A DNA stretch of 64,000 bases, taken from the NCBI GenBank assembly GCA_964016885.1, contig OZ024755.1, positions 18,166,001-18,230,000 on the forward strand, written 5' to 3'. This document shows, piece by piece, positions 24,752 through 37,380 of this stretch. The DNA is from Eledone cirrhosa. Taxonomy: Eukaryota. Both the position numbers and the translations under genes were made by a program. The notes below the pieces were generated by a model, which saw only the letters and a program-made list of their open reading frames with translations, ran no database searches and was not told where the DNA came from. Every line of letters starts with the position of its first letter. Positions within the stretch are counted from its first letter, which is position 1.

Positions 24752-25197
24752 ATATTGTTATACTTTGGGAGGGTCATGTTGCCAATAAGAAACACACGCA
24801 CCAGTTGCTTTCACTTCAATTTATTATATATTTATAAATTTATAAATTTACAAATCTACAAACTTATAAATTTCTGGTTGGTTGGTTGGTTCCACAACCA
24901 GATAGTTGTTTATATATAGTTAGTCCTTTCGTCACACACTCTGTGACCTCTTCAGTGACTGGGGACAGAAACAAGGAAAGGAATCCCCAGTCACTGAAGA
25001 GGTCACAGAGTGTGTGACGAAAGGACTAACTATATATAAACAACTATCTGGTTGTGGAACCAACCAACCAACCAGAAATTTATAAGTTTGTAGATTTGTA
25101 AATTTATAAATTTATAAATATATAATAAATTGAAGTGAAAGCAACTGGTGCGTGTGTTTCTTATTGGCAACATGACCCTCCCAAAGTATAACAATAT
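24752..25197. mobile_element. Fold-back cassette, family D, with degenerate hammerheads at ~24918-24960 (-) and ~24990-25032 (+)
   Basis: Near-perfect ~210-bp arms; CTGAAGA-GTCAC/GTGAC-GAAA intact but the stem III/cleavage region is altered in both arms. Confidence 0.8.
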
Positions 25198-25355
25198 ATA
25201 TATATATAAGTGGAAGCTTAGTAAAATCAAACCTTTGGCTGTGGCCAAGCAAAGTCGACCTACAATAAGGAATGGGTAACAAAGCACTCAATAAGGGTAG
25301 GTCCTTAGAGTAATAACTACATTTAAATAGCTTGACAAATTGAAAATTGACATAC

Positions 25356-25414
<59 letters not shown>

Positions 25415-25456
25415 CTTCAAAATATTAATAAATATAGACATTCATGTGATCAAATA

Positions 25457-25522
25457 TATTTTATTATACATGTTTCAGAGGTACTGACCTATTTCATCAG
25501 TACGTCCTCATCAGATAAAATA
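25457..25522 (-). ncRNA. Hammerhead ribozyme motif, family B
   Basis: rc: tattttat-CTGATGA-ggacgtactga...tcagtacctct-GAAA-catgta-TA-ataaaata. Confidence 0.75.
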
Positions 25523-25782
25523 AATTGATGTCTGATATAGCTCGACTGTGCTGATGGTTCAAATCCAGTCTTGGCAGTGAAGAGGTGTCAGGTGGTGCCT
25601 GTGAGGTTGCCTGGTTATTTCAGCGCCCTAGCCTCGTCATCACTTGTGGTAATGCTGCGAGCGTGTTGGCTTGCCTCAAAGTGTGTAGTTAACTCCTAAT
25701 GTGTGAGGTGCAGCCGAATGTCACACTTGGTGGTGAATTGCCCTCCCTCTTCTTTTTTCTTTCCTTTAATATTACTGTTCAA

Positions 25783-25958
25783 TCGGTAGAGGGTCGGACG
25801 CCATGCTTTTCAGCATAGTTACATCCTATTACGATCTGAGTTCAAATCCCGCCGAGGTTAACTTTGCCTTTCATCCTTACGGGGTCGATCAAATAAATTA
25901 CCAGTAATGCACTGGGTAATTGCTGGCTTTGTGCCAAACGTAGAAACAGTTATTATAA
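25783..25958 (+). mobile_element. tRNA-derived SINE, second family
   Basis: B-box GAGTTCAAATCCC plus the shared central domain. Confidence 0.8.
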
Positions 25959-25982
25959 TTTTTAAAAAATTTATAGACATAA

Positions 25983-26955
25983 TATAGAAATAGTGGACAC
26001 CTTTCGTTACCTGGGTGACAAAATCAGCAGTGGGGGAGGGTGCTCTGAAAGTACAGTAGCTAGAGTCAGAACTTGATGGAAAAAGTTCAGAGAGCTTATA
26101 CCACTATTAGCCGCTAAAGGGTTCTCCCTAAAAATGAAAGGCAGGCTGTATGATGCCTGCATACGAACAGCAATGTTGCATGGCAGTGAGACCTGGGCAT
26201 TGTGTGCAGAAGATATGCGCAGACTGGAGAGGAACGAAGCTTGCATGCTCCGCTGGATGTGTAATAGTAATATATGTGAACGACAAAGCATAAACGAACT
26301 AAGGGAAAAATTAAAAATAAGAGGGATCAGATGTTGTTTACTCGAGAGACGACTACGTTGGTATGGTCACGTGATGCGCATGAAAGACGACAGCTGTATA
26401 AAAAAGTGCAGGGCAATAAAAATAGACGGTAGCCATGGAGTAGGCAGACCCAGAAAAACCTGGGACGACTTGATAAATTCCGACCACACACTTACACCTC
26501 TCCAAGACAATGTCACTGGACCGAGTTCTTTGGCGCTACACAGTAATAGAGAAGACCTGCCTTACCTAAGTGCAAAGTAAAACCTACTACAGTCAGTAGG
26601 CACCTCTAACAAAATACACCCCCGTCCCACTACCCCCACCCCATCCACACCACCCCTTTCAATCAAAGTTATGTTGGTACCACAACATCCAGCCCGAAAC
26701 AAATGAGGTCGTGTAGGTGTCACGACAAAAACACACACAGTCCACGCTGTAATGTGGCCGTGTAGGTAACACGGTAAAAACCTCCTAGTCCCACACTGTA
26801 AATGTGGTTGGTGTTAGGAAGGGCATCCAGCCGTAGAAAACCCGCCAGACAGTCCTATGCGAGCAAGACAACCACTCTTGCCTCAAGTGGGAAAACTCCC
26901 GTCCAAACCCATGCAAGCGTGGAATATGGACGTTAAACGATGATGATGATGATGA
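25983..26955 (+). mobile_element. 5'-truncated RTE-clade LINE (RT C-terminus + complete 3' UTR)
   Basis: FRYLG...MLHGSETW...RRLRWYGHVMR...GRPRKTW; in-frame TGA at 26074-26076; (GAT)n tail. Confidence 0.9.
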
Positions 26956-27500
26956 GACAATACATATGATGAATATGTTTCTCAGTGGAAAAGTTCAATG
27001 GATGTTTGTCCAGAGCTTTAATAATTCAAATTAAAAAAAGTATTTGCCTATAGCGATATATCGTTAGAGAAACTTATATTCTGTACATATATTTTAGAAA
27101 CACCATGTTTTAAGGTTATATATATATATATAAACATAAATTATCGAGAATCGCATTTCGGCCCACGAAATAACGAAAACCAACCTCCGAGATGTGTGGC
27201 AAGTGCGCAGTGATTCAGATGAACCAGAGCTATAACAAATGTTAAAGGCCAAACACACTGAGACGATGGTTAAACAATCATCCGCATAGCCAAAAAAACG
27301 ATCAAGTAATTCGGGTCAAACAAATAAAAAATATCTGTGATTGAATATTTATATATATATATAAGCAAAGAGATATAGGTTTTCTGGAGTATAATATCAA
27401 TGATATTAATAAATGGAATCTATATTTATAAAACCATATTTATTCTATTATATATATGTGTGGGTGTGTGTGTATACGTATGTGTATATATATGTGTGTG

Positions 27501-27533
<33 letters not shown>

Positions 27534-27536
<3 letters not shown>

Positions 27537-27678
27537 GACTTGTCAACTCTCCCCTTCTGACGGGGATGTGTTCTCTTGTGAAAATGGGTATAGCTTTCAT
27601 TATATAAAAGCTCCCCATTCTGGGGCCCTTTTTTTCACTGTACGTCCTGTTTGGGGTTTTTAGAGGTTGGCAGGTGTG

Positions 27679-27682
<4 letters not shown>
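27534..27682. mobile_element. Small TIR element (MITE)
   Basis: Imperfect TIRs CAGACTTGTCAAC / GTTGGCAGGTGTG, between (TA)n tracts. Confidence 0.4.
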
Positions 27683-27717
<35 letters not shown>

Positions 27718-28240
27718 CGGAATACTCCTATGTTTTACCGGCGAAGATTCAAAACCGAATCTGAGGTTTCTCGCCTCTGAGACCATCTATAATTGGAGGT
27801 TCCCACCATCGTCTTGTCAAAGACAACAATGATAAACGTACATACCACTTGACCTCTGATCCCAGCTTCCTGGGAGACAATATCCACATGGCTGATCATA
27901 AATCAACCTCATATACACAACCTTCTAACTTTAAGGTTATTATGAATACGACTTAGGAAACCAAAGGAATACCCGAATTGTACTTACATCAAACATACAC
28001 ACACACAACCAGTACATCATACACAGACAATTAATACATCATACCCACATACAGCCAGTACATCATACATGTACAACTAGTGCATTGTACATACATGTTT
28101 ATCTGAGCAAAGTCATGTATATTGTATATTCTTGTATATAGTAGCTTTATTAGTGAACTGACTGTTGCAAAAATTTACAGTAAATTAAAGTAAAGTCTTT
28201 AATATTTAATGTCATGTAGTCACAATAATATATAATAATA

Positions 28241-28430
28241 ATAATTGTTTCTACTGTTGGCACAGAACCAGCAATTATTCCAGTGCATTACTGGTACTTT
28301 ATTTTATTGACCCCGTAAGGATGAAAGGCAAAGTTAACCTTGGCGGGATTTGAACTCAGAACGTAAAGGGCCATAATTCTATGCTGTAAAGCATATTGTC
28401 TGACGCTCTACCAATTTTGGTAATCCACCG
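28241..28430 (-). mobile_element. tRNA-derived SINE, second family
   Basis: Matches 14329-14517. Confidence 0.8.
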
Positions 28431-28441
28431 ATAATCCTAAA

Positions 28442-28960
28442 TCATCATCACCATCATCGTTTAATGTCTATCTTCCACGCTAGCAAGGGTTAGATGGGAA
28501 TTGTCCCACTTGAAGCAAGATTGATCGGGTGACTGTGTCTCACTCGTATAGGACTGTATCTGGCAGGTTTTCTACGGCTGGATGCTTGTCCTAACATCAA
28601 CCACTTTTACAGTGTGGACTGGGAGCCTTTTTACCATGTCTCCTACACGACCACTTTACAGCGTGGACTGGGAGCCTTTTTACCATGTCTCCTACACGAC
28701 CACTTTACAGTGTGGACTGGGAGCCTTTTAACTATGTCTCCTACACGACCACTTTACAGTGTGGACTGGGAGCCTTTTTACCATGTCTCCTACACAACCA
28801 CTTTACAGCGTGGACTGGGAGCCTTTTTACCATGTCTCCTACACAACCACTTTACAGCATGGACTGGGAGCTTTTTTACCATGTCTCCTACACGACCACT
28901 TTACAGCATTGGCTGGGTGCTTTTTGTCGTGACACCTACACCTCTTTAGTTTGGACTGGA
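28442..28960 (-). mobile_element. RTE tail fragment with an expanded 49-bp VNTR (~6-7 units, 28601-28940)
   Basis: Unit CCACTTTACAGYGTGGACTGGGAGCCTTTTTACCATGTCTCCTACACRA. Confidence 0.85.
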
Positions 28961-29460
28961 TATATGTAAAAAGACAGCAGAATGAAAACAAATGAAATGA
29001 GGAAGGAGGAAAGACATAATGAGAGACATTGAAAAAAGAAATGATCAAAGAGAAGCAGACATATCTTAGTAAACAAGTTCTATAGTCCTTATTTAGGTAA
29101 CACTGGGTGTGTCCAGGGTTAAACCAACATTTTCTCATAAATACAAATTCAGATAACCTCAGGCATTTGACAAACACACACACAGTTACTCACAACAGGA
29201 ATGTGTTTAGACATTTTGTCACACCCAACAAGGTTGGAATTTCATTCATTGAAAAAAAAAAAATTGGTTTTGTTTGTTACTATGGATTGTTTTTTTAAAA
29301 TTTTATTTTCTTTTTTATTGTATTATTTATTTGATTATTTTATATTAGAGGTTCAAGACTCCTCTATCTCAGAGTGTGTGTGTGTTCAGTGCAGTATGTC
29401 GTTATATAATGAGGTGTAGTAGTGAACTGTGTATGTTCAATGACTGTGAAGGTATACAGC

Positions 29461-29689
29461 TTAACCTTTTAGCATTTAAATGGGCCATATCTGGCCAGAA
29501 TTCTCTCACTTCTTTCTGTTCAAACCGGCTGTAACTGGCCACTCATATTGATGTTAAGTTATTGTTCTCAAAATAAATAATTTTAAAATCTCATAGACTT
29601 GATATTATCTGAGATAATTATGTGCGGTAAAGACTTTACCATGAAAATATAATAGTAAATATAGAGTAATGTAAATGCTAAAGGGTTAA
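29461..29689. mobile_element. piggyBac-like MITE
   Basis: TTAA-CCTTTTAGCATTTA ... TAAATGCTAAAGGG-TTAA. Confidence 0.75.
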
Positions 29690-30782
29690 TGATTGGGGTG
29701 CTTGGCTCACAACCATAGGTTTCATTTCTGACAGTACTATATGTCCTTGAACAAGACATTTTATTTCCCATTGCTTCAATCCACTTACCTGGCAACAAAC
29801 TCATGTTACCCAGAAGAAATTTAGCAGAAATAGATTTTGGAATCTCTACAGTATATTAAGATTATGTTGATGAAATTTAAAAGAAAATTAGGCACTGGTT
29901 TAAGCAAACTTTCACTTTTGACAGACAAAAACAAACCAGTGCCGAAAATTTTTATTACTTTCCTATAGAAGATATACTCTTGGGTCCCAAATAAGGAGGG
30001 GGGGGGGGGGTATTTGGGATCCGAGAGTATATCTTCTATATAGGCACGATTATTTGAGACTCATGAGTATGTCATACCTTCATTAATATTCACTATCAAC
30101 ATGGAATTGGAAGACATAATCTAATTTGGTAGATGGAAACTGCAAAAAAAAAAAAGCCATTGTCTAAGCATATACATATGTGTGTATGTGTGTGTGTGTG
30201 TGTGTGCGGATGTGTGTGTATATTCAGCCATATATGTGTTTATGTCCTGTAACTTAGCAGTTCGACACAAAATGATCAATAAAATAAGTACCAAACTTAA
30301 TAAAATGAGTACTGGTGTTGATACGATAAAAAAAAAAAAAAAAATCTCAAAACGATGCCCCAACATGGTCACTGTCTAAATGACTGAAGCCAATAAAACA
30401 AACAAAAATATATATATATACAAGATTAAACAACGTTTTTTTTTTGTGTTGATTAAAAAATATTTCTTTTTTTAATTTATTATCACCATCTTAACAATCC
30501 AGACTTTCATCAATAATAAATCAATTCCAGAATCAATCACAAATGATGAAATCACAGTTCAATGTTCAGTTTTAAACAAAAGCTTTCCTTCAACAACTTC
30601 AGTTTTGAAAACAATAACTGTCTTAAAGCATTTCTCAATTTCAAAAGACCTTATTTCTTTTTCCTTTTATTTTGACATTATTTTTCCATAGAAAATTTAA
30701 ATTATTTGTAAATTTCAAAACTAGCAGTACACACACACATGCATACATACATACAGACACACACACACAAATATATATATAT

Positions 30783-31126
30783 GGAGGCACATGGCTTAGT
30801 GGTTAGAGCATTGGCCTTGCAATCGAAAGGTTGTGAGTTCAATTCTCAGACCGGGTGATGTGTTGTTTCCTTGAGCAAGACACTTTATTTCACATTGCTC
30901 CAGTTCACTCAGCTGTAGAAATGAGATGATAGGGACTGGGGTCCCTATCATTCCACTGCAAAGTGGTCATGGAGGTGCCATGGCAAAAAAGCACCCAGCA
31001 CTCACTGTAAATGATGTTGGTGTTAGGAAGGGCATCCAGCTGTAGAAATCAAGCCAGAATCAGTTCCCGTCCCACCCTTGCAAACAGGGAAAAAGCGGAC
31101 ATAAAATGAAATGATGAAAATGATGA
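30783..31126 (+). mobile_element. Full-length tRNA-derived CORE-type SINE with RTE tail
   Basis: A/B boxes, CORE-like segment, tail shared with the RTE LINE. Confidence 0.88.
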
Positions 31127-31187
31127 TACATACATGCACACATATATCATTTTACATCTGCTTTCCTTGCTGGCTATCTGGTTAGAC

Positions 31188-31220
<33 letters not shown>

Positions 31221-31221
31221 G

Positions 31222-31257
<36 letters not shown>

Positions 31258-31360
31258 TGTATGTATGAGCAAGACATGGTCACCTCATCTGACTTGTTTC
31301 ACAATGGGACAACTTGTCTAACCCATAGCAATTGTGGAAAATAGACATTAACTGGTGATG

Positions 31361-31394
<34 letters not shown>

Positions 31395-31779
31395 ATGTTG
31401 TGTATTTCCATAGAAAGGTAAAGGAAAGAAGAGTGCTCTATGTATTGTACAGAGCTATTTAATTACATAATAAACAACACAGTATAATTATTTCATTACC
31501 GAAGCTTTCAAGAAAACATCCAGTTAGTTAGTCAGACAAAACAATTATGTTTTCTTGCAAGAGTCATCTAATTTCTTGAAAGCTTTGGTAATGAAATAAT
31601 TATATTGTGTTGTTTATTATGAAATTTCAGGTGTTTGTAGTAAAGTATTTTTTCTAGCAAGGGCAGCTGCAATATTAGGGACCCCATTACTTTATTTAGA
31701 ATTGGGGTAACTGATGCAGCTAACGGCCCTTTGCATTTATTGTTCCAGCCTGAAAAAGATAGAATGAAAATGAAAAAAA

Positions 31780-31810
<31 letters not shown>

Positions 31811-31832
31811 ATAAAACAAATGTGGTTTAGTT

Positions 31833-32024
31833 TCAGTACACTTCATTAAATAAAAGGAAATGTCTAAGTTCCAGGGGAATTTCCAGCTGCTCAACACTGT
31901 TGTCTATGCAAGGTCGTAAGTGCCTTCGAATGCTTATTCGACACCAGTCCATTAAAGAACGTTGTGGGTAGATAAGAAGTTTAAACCAGGGTGCAACGTG
32001 TTGGTAACTACTGCACATATGTAC
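31833..32024 (-). CDS. Terminal exon of the ankyrin repeat and SOCS box (ASB-type) gene, encoding the SOCS box
   Basis: ttcttctttcctcag| acceptor, phase 0; PQRSLMDWCRISIRRHL...VEQLEIPLELRHFLL is BC-box + Cul5-box-like; TGA stop. Confidence 0.88.
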   Translation of the reverse strand, partial: VHMCSSYQHVAPWFKLLIYPQRSLMDWCRISIRRHLRPCIDNSVEQLEIPLELRHFLLFNEVY

Positions 32025-32859
32025 CTGAGGAAAGAAGAATAGAAATATTACTATAACAACCACAATAACATTTGTTTACTGGCACAAGGCCACACATTTT
32101 GATGAGGTGTCAAGGATAGTACTATTATTAATTGTTTCTACTTTAGGCACAAGGCCAGCAATTACCCAGTGCATTACTGGTACTATATAGTGTTATTATT
32201 AATGTTAACTAGACAGCTACCTAGGGGACATACCTTAGAGAGGTGCTACTATTAAAGCCAACTTGATTGCTACGTAGGAGACATATCTTAGAGAGGGACT
32301 ATTATTAATGCTAACAAGACTGATACCTAGGGGACAGACTTTAGAGAGGTGCTACTATTAAGGCTAACAAGACTGCTACCTAGGGCACAGACCTTTAGAG
32401 GTGCATTACTGAACCTCAAAGAGCCACAGTTTTATATAATAATTGAATTAAATATATAATAATTTCCTGCAATCAATAAATAAATTGTTAAATATTTTGC
32501 TGCATAGCCAGGTTGTGGAAATATCGAAAGAGGTGGCGAGGGCCGTAGGGTGTTATGACTTGACACATAATTGGTGTGGATGAGTGTGAACTGTATAGTG
32601 GAAAATTCAGGCTAAATAATTTTCTTAGTGGAGTCAGAGCAAGAAATGTCCAAAACTAGATTCGACAGCTTACCAAAACTGTAAATTGAAATTATTTTAA
32701 TTAGGAGAACTAGACACATAACTGGGAGAAGGGGGCAAGCATTGTAAAGCTTGTTTAGGGCACTAAATGTGATTTTTTTTTAGGGATCAACTATATCGAG
32801 GATTGGCAACATTGGGGGAAAATGTTCAGCTTCTTAACCACCTTTGCTGTCATCTTCCA

Positions 32860-33285
32860 TGTTTCACTTCCATAGACAACTGTTGGTAAAACTATTGACT
32901 GAAAGAATATAATCATGAATAAGAGTGGCCGAATTGAGATTCCTCCAAAGGGTTTCTGGAGTAATGTTACTCAATAGCATGCACAGCTTGGAGATCAAGG
33001 AGTTGTTGCTTCTGTGCATCGTAAGATCACAGCTCCAGCACCACAGATATGTGCTTAGAATATCTAAGGAAAGAATTACATAACAGATTTTATCAAAAAT
33101 GCCAACTGGCAGGAGACCCAGAGATAAACCATAAGGAAGATGGTTGGATAACATCCATAAGTTTGGTTGGTTGCACCTGGGAGCCCAGCTGGATCATTTG
33201 GAAATGGTTGCTGCTGATAAGACCCTCTGGAATACGTGTCTGAGGACTCTCTTCCTGACAACCCTCTCAGGAATAATTGGGCAAA
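32860..33285 (+). mobile_element. Decayed RTE-like LINE 3' fragment; related copies at 34325-34412, 38180-38660 (-) and 50900-51005
   Basis: AAELRFL..V.G residues visible; sequence shared among the copies. Confidence 0.6.
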
Positions 33286-35002
33286 AAGAAGATATATCAT
33301 TATCAGCATATATCGAAATTTTCATTTTCATTACTTTTTGAAAATTCTGATAACTCCTTTATAAAATTTATCTGAAAGTGTTGACTGGAAATTTAATTTT
33401 TTTACATTTAACAACCTGATTGTAAAGTAGGTGTTGAACCTACCATCAGCCAAGCAAATTGAGGCAAACAGAATATTTTATCTTTACCATAACAACTGTA
33501 TTAAGGAGGTTCCAACACATTTCCATGTGGTAGCCAATAGTCCAATACCTGAACACAACAGCTATTTGACCATATACTTTGACCTCTTTGTGACCATATT
33601 TCTAAGGAAACACACTGTATTTGATTTTATTAATGAAGAATTTGAAGATTTAGTGAAATTATTGATTATTTCATTTTAAACCCTTTCACAGCCACATTTC
33701 TAACGAAATACACTCTACTTTAATTAATTATTGAAGAATTTTGAGAGAATTACTAATATTATCAATAATTTCATTATTAAGATAGTAACTTAATGTAAGG
33801 TTCTTACATAAATTATGTTGGAAGTTTTTAAATTTAAATTGGAAACCTTTAAAATGGGTGGTTTTATTTCATAGAACCAGAGCCAGTTTTGGCCTGGTTA
33901 ATATGGCATTTGTAACATAACCAACATGAGGTTTTTATTTTAATGCAAAATCATGTTGGAAGATTTTAATTTAAACAAGACTCCATTAGAGTGAGTGGTT
34001 TTGTTTCATAGAACTAGAGCTGGTTTTGGGTAGGTTGGTAGCAAAAGTGTTGAAAGTATTCAAACATTTAAACAAATAAACAAATTAATTTAAAAATTTC
34101 ATTAAATAAATATGAAACTAAGAAGAAAATATATCTAAATGCCTCTGTGTGTTTCAAGCAAACCAAACAGACAGTAAACTTGTTTGTTCAGCTGTGCTAC
34201 TGTACATTCTGTCAACATATGAAATTAATTGTATAGAGTTAATTTAACAAACACTACATTCCATCTAGTGGACAACGATCATCATCATCATCATCATCAT
34301 CATCATCTTCATCTTCTTCTCCTCCTCCTTTTCCTTCACCCACTTATTCCTGAGAGGATTGTAGGAGGCAGAGTCCTCAAAAACGTACCTTTCAGCAGGT
34401 CCTGTCAGAAATGTTTGTGAACAACTAATGCTTTATATTACAGGTTTTCTTCATCTCCCCCCAACACATAGACACAGGCAAGCTTGTTCCACTTTGCAAA
34501 GTTTTCCTATAGAAGCCTCTATTTTAGGTTCAATTTCACTCAGGAGCTCATTGGGGAATTAATTGTCTTTTACCACAACTAGGCTGGATCAAGTCCTTTT
34601 CAGGCCTTAAAGATTTAAAAGATTATAGTGTTCCCTGTATATAAAGTTTTTTTTTTAAATTGAGAAGGGGAGAGTTCTTGGTGCAAAGCCATGATCATTC
34701 ATGACCAAAGGGAGCCTAAGATATCTAAAATATTGTCTACCTACAATTATCAAAGCTCAGCTATCCTCCCGAGACACAGATTTAATGAACAATGAATAAT
34801 AATAATGAAATATTGTGCACAGTGCTCAGGTGCACTACAACTCATCAAAAAGTGTATGTATAGTACATAGGGTAATGTACAAACGTCAGGAAAATGAACA
34901 GTGCATGAGTCATGATGTGTGCATGTGTATGGAAGGGGTACATCAGGTATAGTTTTGGCGTATTTCGGGAAGCATGAGTGTTTAATCATTTTATTTTACA
35001 AA

Positions 35003-35228
35003 TTGGTATGGCCATGTGATGCACATGGAAGATGACCGCTGGGTGAAGAAGTGCCAAGAAATCCTAGTGGAAGGAAGACAGACGGAGGTAGTAAGAGCTG
35101 ACCTCAGATCACTGAAGCTCACAGAGGAGATGACGAGGGACTGTGACGAATGGAGAGATGCTGTGCTCAAGAGGACCCGTCCCACCCTTGCAAGCAGGGA
35201 AAAGAGGACGTATGATGATGATGATGAC
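35003..35228 (+). mobile_element. RTE LINE 3' end fragment
   Basis: WYGHVM..., matches 3318-3665. Confidence 0.8.
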
Positions 35229-36614
35229 GAAGATGAGATAACATTTCTGATGCTGATGAACAAACAAATGGACACAAAATTAAGTAGAGAAGACTCTTTA
35301 GTCCTGCCATGAAAAAAACAACCTCTCCAGAGCCAATGCAATGATAAAATGCACCCAGTAGCAGATATATCCACCTATAGAACCCATGCCAAAAAAAAGC
35401 CCACATAATATAGTTTGAACTTATGACCATGTGAATAGTAATTTAGGCTCTTAACTAATATATTTTTCATTTAAATAGAGTGTGTGTGTGTGTGTCAGGT
35501 TATACAAGATGAACCAGTTTCTGATGTGTTTCAAATCATTTGGCATACTTAGGAAAACCATTTGAATTGTAGTTAATGCATATCATCTCCGACCACTGCC
35601 CTAAATTTCTGGGAGTATTTTGATAGATAATTTATTCTAAAAGGCAGTGGATGGGGGAGTACTGTTTGTTTAAATAGTATACATGTAACTGAAACATCTC
35701 AGGCGAAGAGAAGGGGGGGGGGAGTGAGGGAGGGGAAAGTGAGAAGAGAAAAAGGAAGAAAGAGATGGGAAAGTGAGAGGAAGAAAAGGAGAGAGAAGAG
35801 GGGGGGGGGGAAGGAGAGAGGAAAGAAACCGAGGGAGAAGAGGTGTTGAAAGAGAGGAAATAAGATGATAAGTGATATTTTATTTAATGAGTATGAGCAG
35901 TCTATATTACATACACCCTATATGTCTTCTCTAACTTCAAACCCATACATTACAACTGGATTGTCTTGGCATTACTTTTTTATTTATGGAAATAAAATTC
36001 ATAAAATTCCATTAACTGGAAATTTGCCATGTGGCATTCAGAACCTGTTCTTCACTAAACATTCAGATAAGATATTGGCATTTATCATTCCGCAATAAAA
36101 AAAAAAAACAACAACAAAAAGAGAACATTTTGAACATAAAAAAACTAACATATGTATGTACACATTGCATTGCCTTTTTTTTTTTTTTTTTTACTTCTTT
36201 AGAGGAACTAAATAACCCATCCATCACGAAAAAAAGTGAAGAAGTCAAGGTTTTAGAGCTGAATTTTTAAGATAAGCAAACCAAACTCCATTCATGGAAT
36301 GGAGCTTGGTTTGCTTATCCATGAAGTTACCTACATCAATATTGATGTGTTTCTGAATTTCCATACTGCACAGATGTTTACAGACAAAGCTATTCTGATC
36401 TGTTAACCCTGTGATCTCCAGTAAACCAGTCTGGTGGAGATACAGAAATAGTAACAACCACAAAGATGACTCGCCGATTAAACATCTGTTTTCCCATGGG
36501 TCATCACAGTACTTAATCAGAGTTACTGTCTTTTCAGTTTTGGTATAGTTTTTATAGCTGGATGTCCTTCCAGTCAACAACCACTTTACAGAGTGTACCA
36601 GGTGCATTTTTATC

Positions 36615-36805
36615 ATAATTGTTTCTACGTTTGACACAGGGCCAGCAATGACCCAGTGCATTACTGGTACTTTATTTTATCGACCCTGTAAGGATGAAAG
36701 GCAAAGTTATCCTCGGCGGGATTTGAACTCAGAATGGCAAGGACCGTAATTCTATACGTCAAAGCATGGCGTCCGACCCTCTACCAATACTGCCAATCCA
36801 CTGCC
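36615..36805 (-). mobile_element. tRNA-derived SINE, second family, inserted in another repeat
   Basis: Flanked by the direct repeat TGCATTTTTATCATAAT, a probable TSD. Confidence 0.8.
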
Positions 36806-36829
36806 CACTGCATTTTTATCATAATACCA

Positions 36830-37078
36830 TCAGGCATGTGATGCGAATGGATGATGGTTGCTGGGTGAAGAAGTGTCAGGAAATCCCAGTGGAAAGAAGC
36901 CACAATAGAGGCAGACCTAGAAAGGTCTCATCAAAGGTGGTAAGAGCTAACCTTAAATCACTGAAACTCACAGAGGAGATGACAAAGGATCGCGGTGAGT
37001 GGAGGGATGTTGTGCTGAGAAGGACCCATCCAACTCATGCAAGCATGGAAAAAAGACATAAAAACGATGATGATGATA
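36830..37078 (+). mobile_element. RTE LINE 3' end fragment
   Basis: HVMRMDD.CWVKKC...RGRPRK; (GAT)n tail. Confidence 0.8.
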
Positions 37079-37192
37079 TAAACACACATATATATATATA
37101 TGTGTGTATATAATCGACAAACATAGTTTGGTAAAAAAGCTGAATATTATTTATTCTATCAATAAAACAAATAGGTTTCACTAGCCCTATAT

Positions 37193-37380
37193 TATAATTG
37201 TTTCTACGTTTGGCACAAGGCCAGCAAATACCCAGTGCATTACTGGTACTTTATTTTATCAACCCTGTAAGGATGAAAGGCAAAGTTATCCTCGGCGGGA
37301 TTTGAACTCAGAATGGCAAGGACTGTAACTCTATACGTCAAAGCATGGCGTCCGACCCTCTACCAATACTGCCAATCCAC
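37193..37380 (-). mobile_element. tRNA-derived SINE, second family
   Basis: Matches 36615-36805. Confidence 0.8.

Noticed and set aside
30783-30855. tRNA gene
   Set aside because: A/B boxes belong to a multi-copy SINE head; no proper cloverleaf seen
31463-31621. Inverted repeat related to family F flanks
   Set aside because: No CTGANGA core; recorded only as a decayed relic
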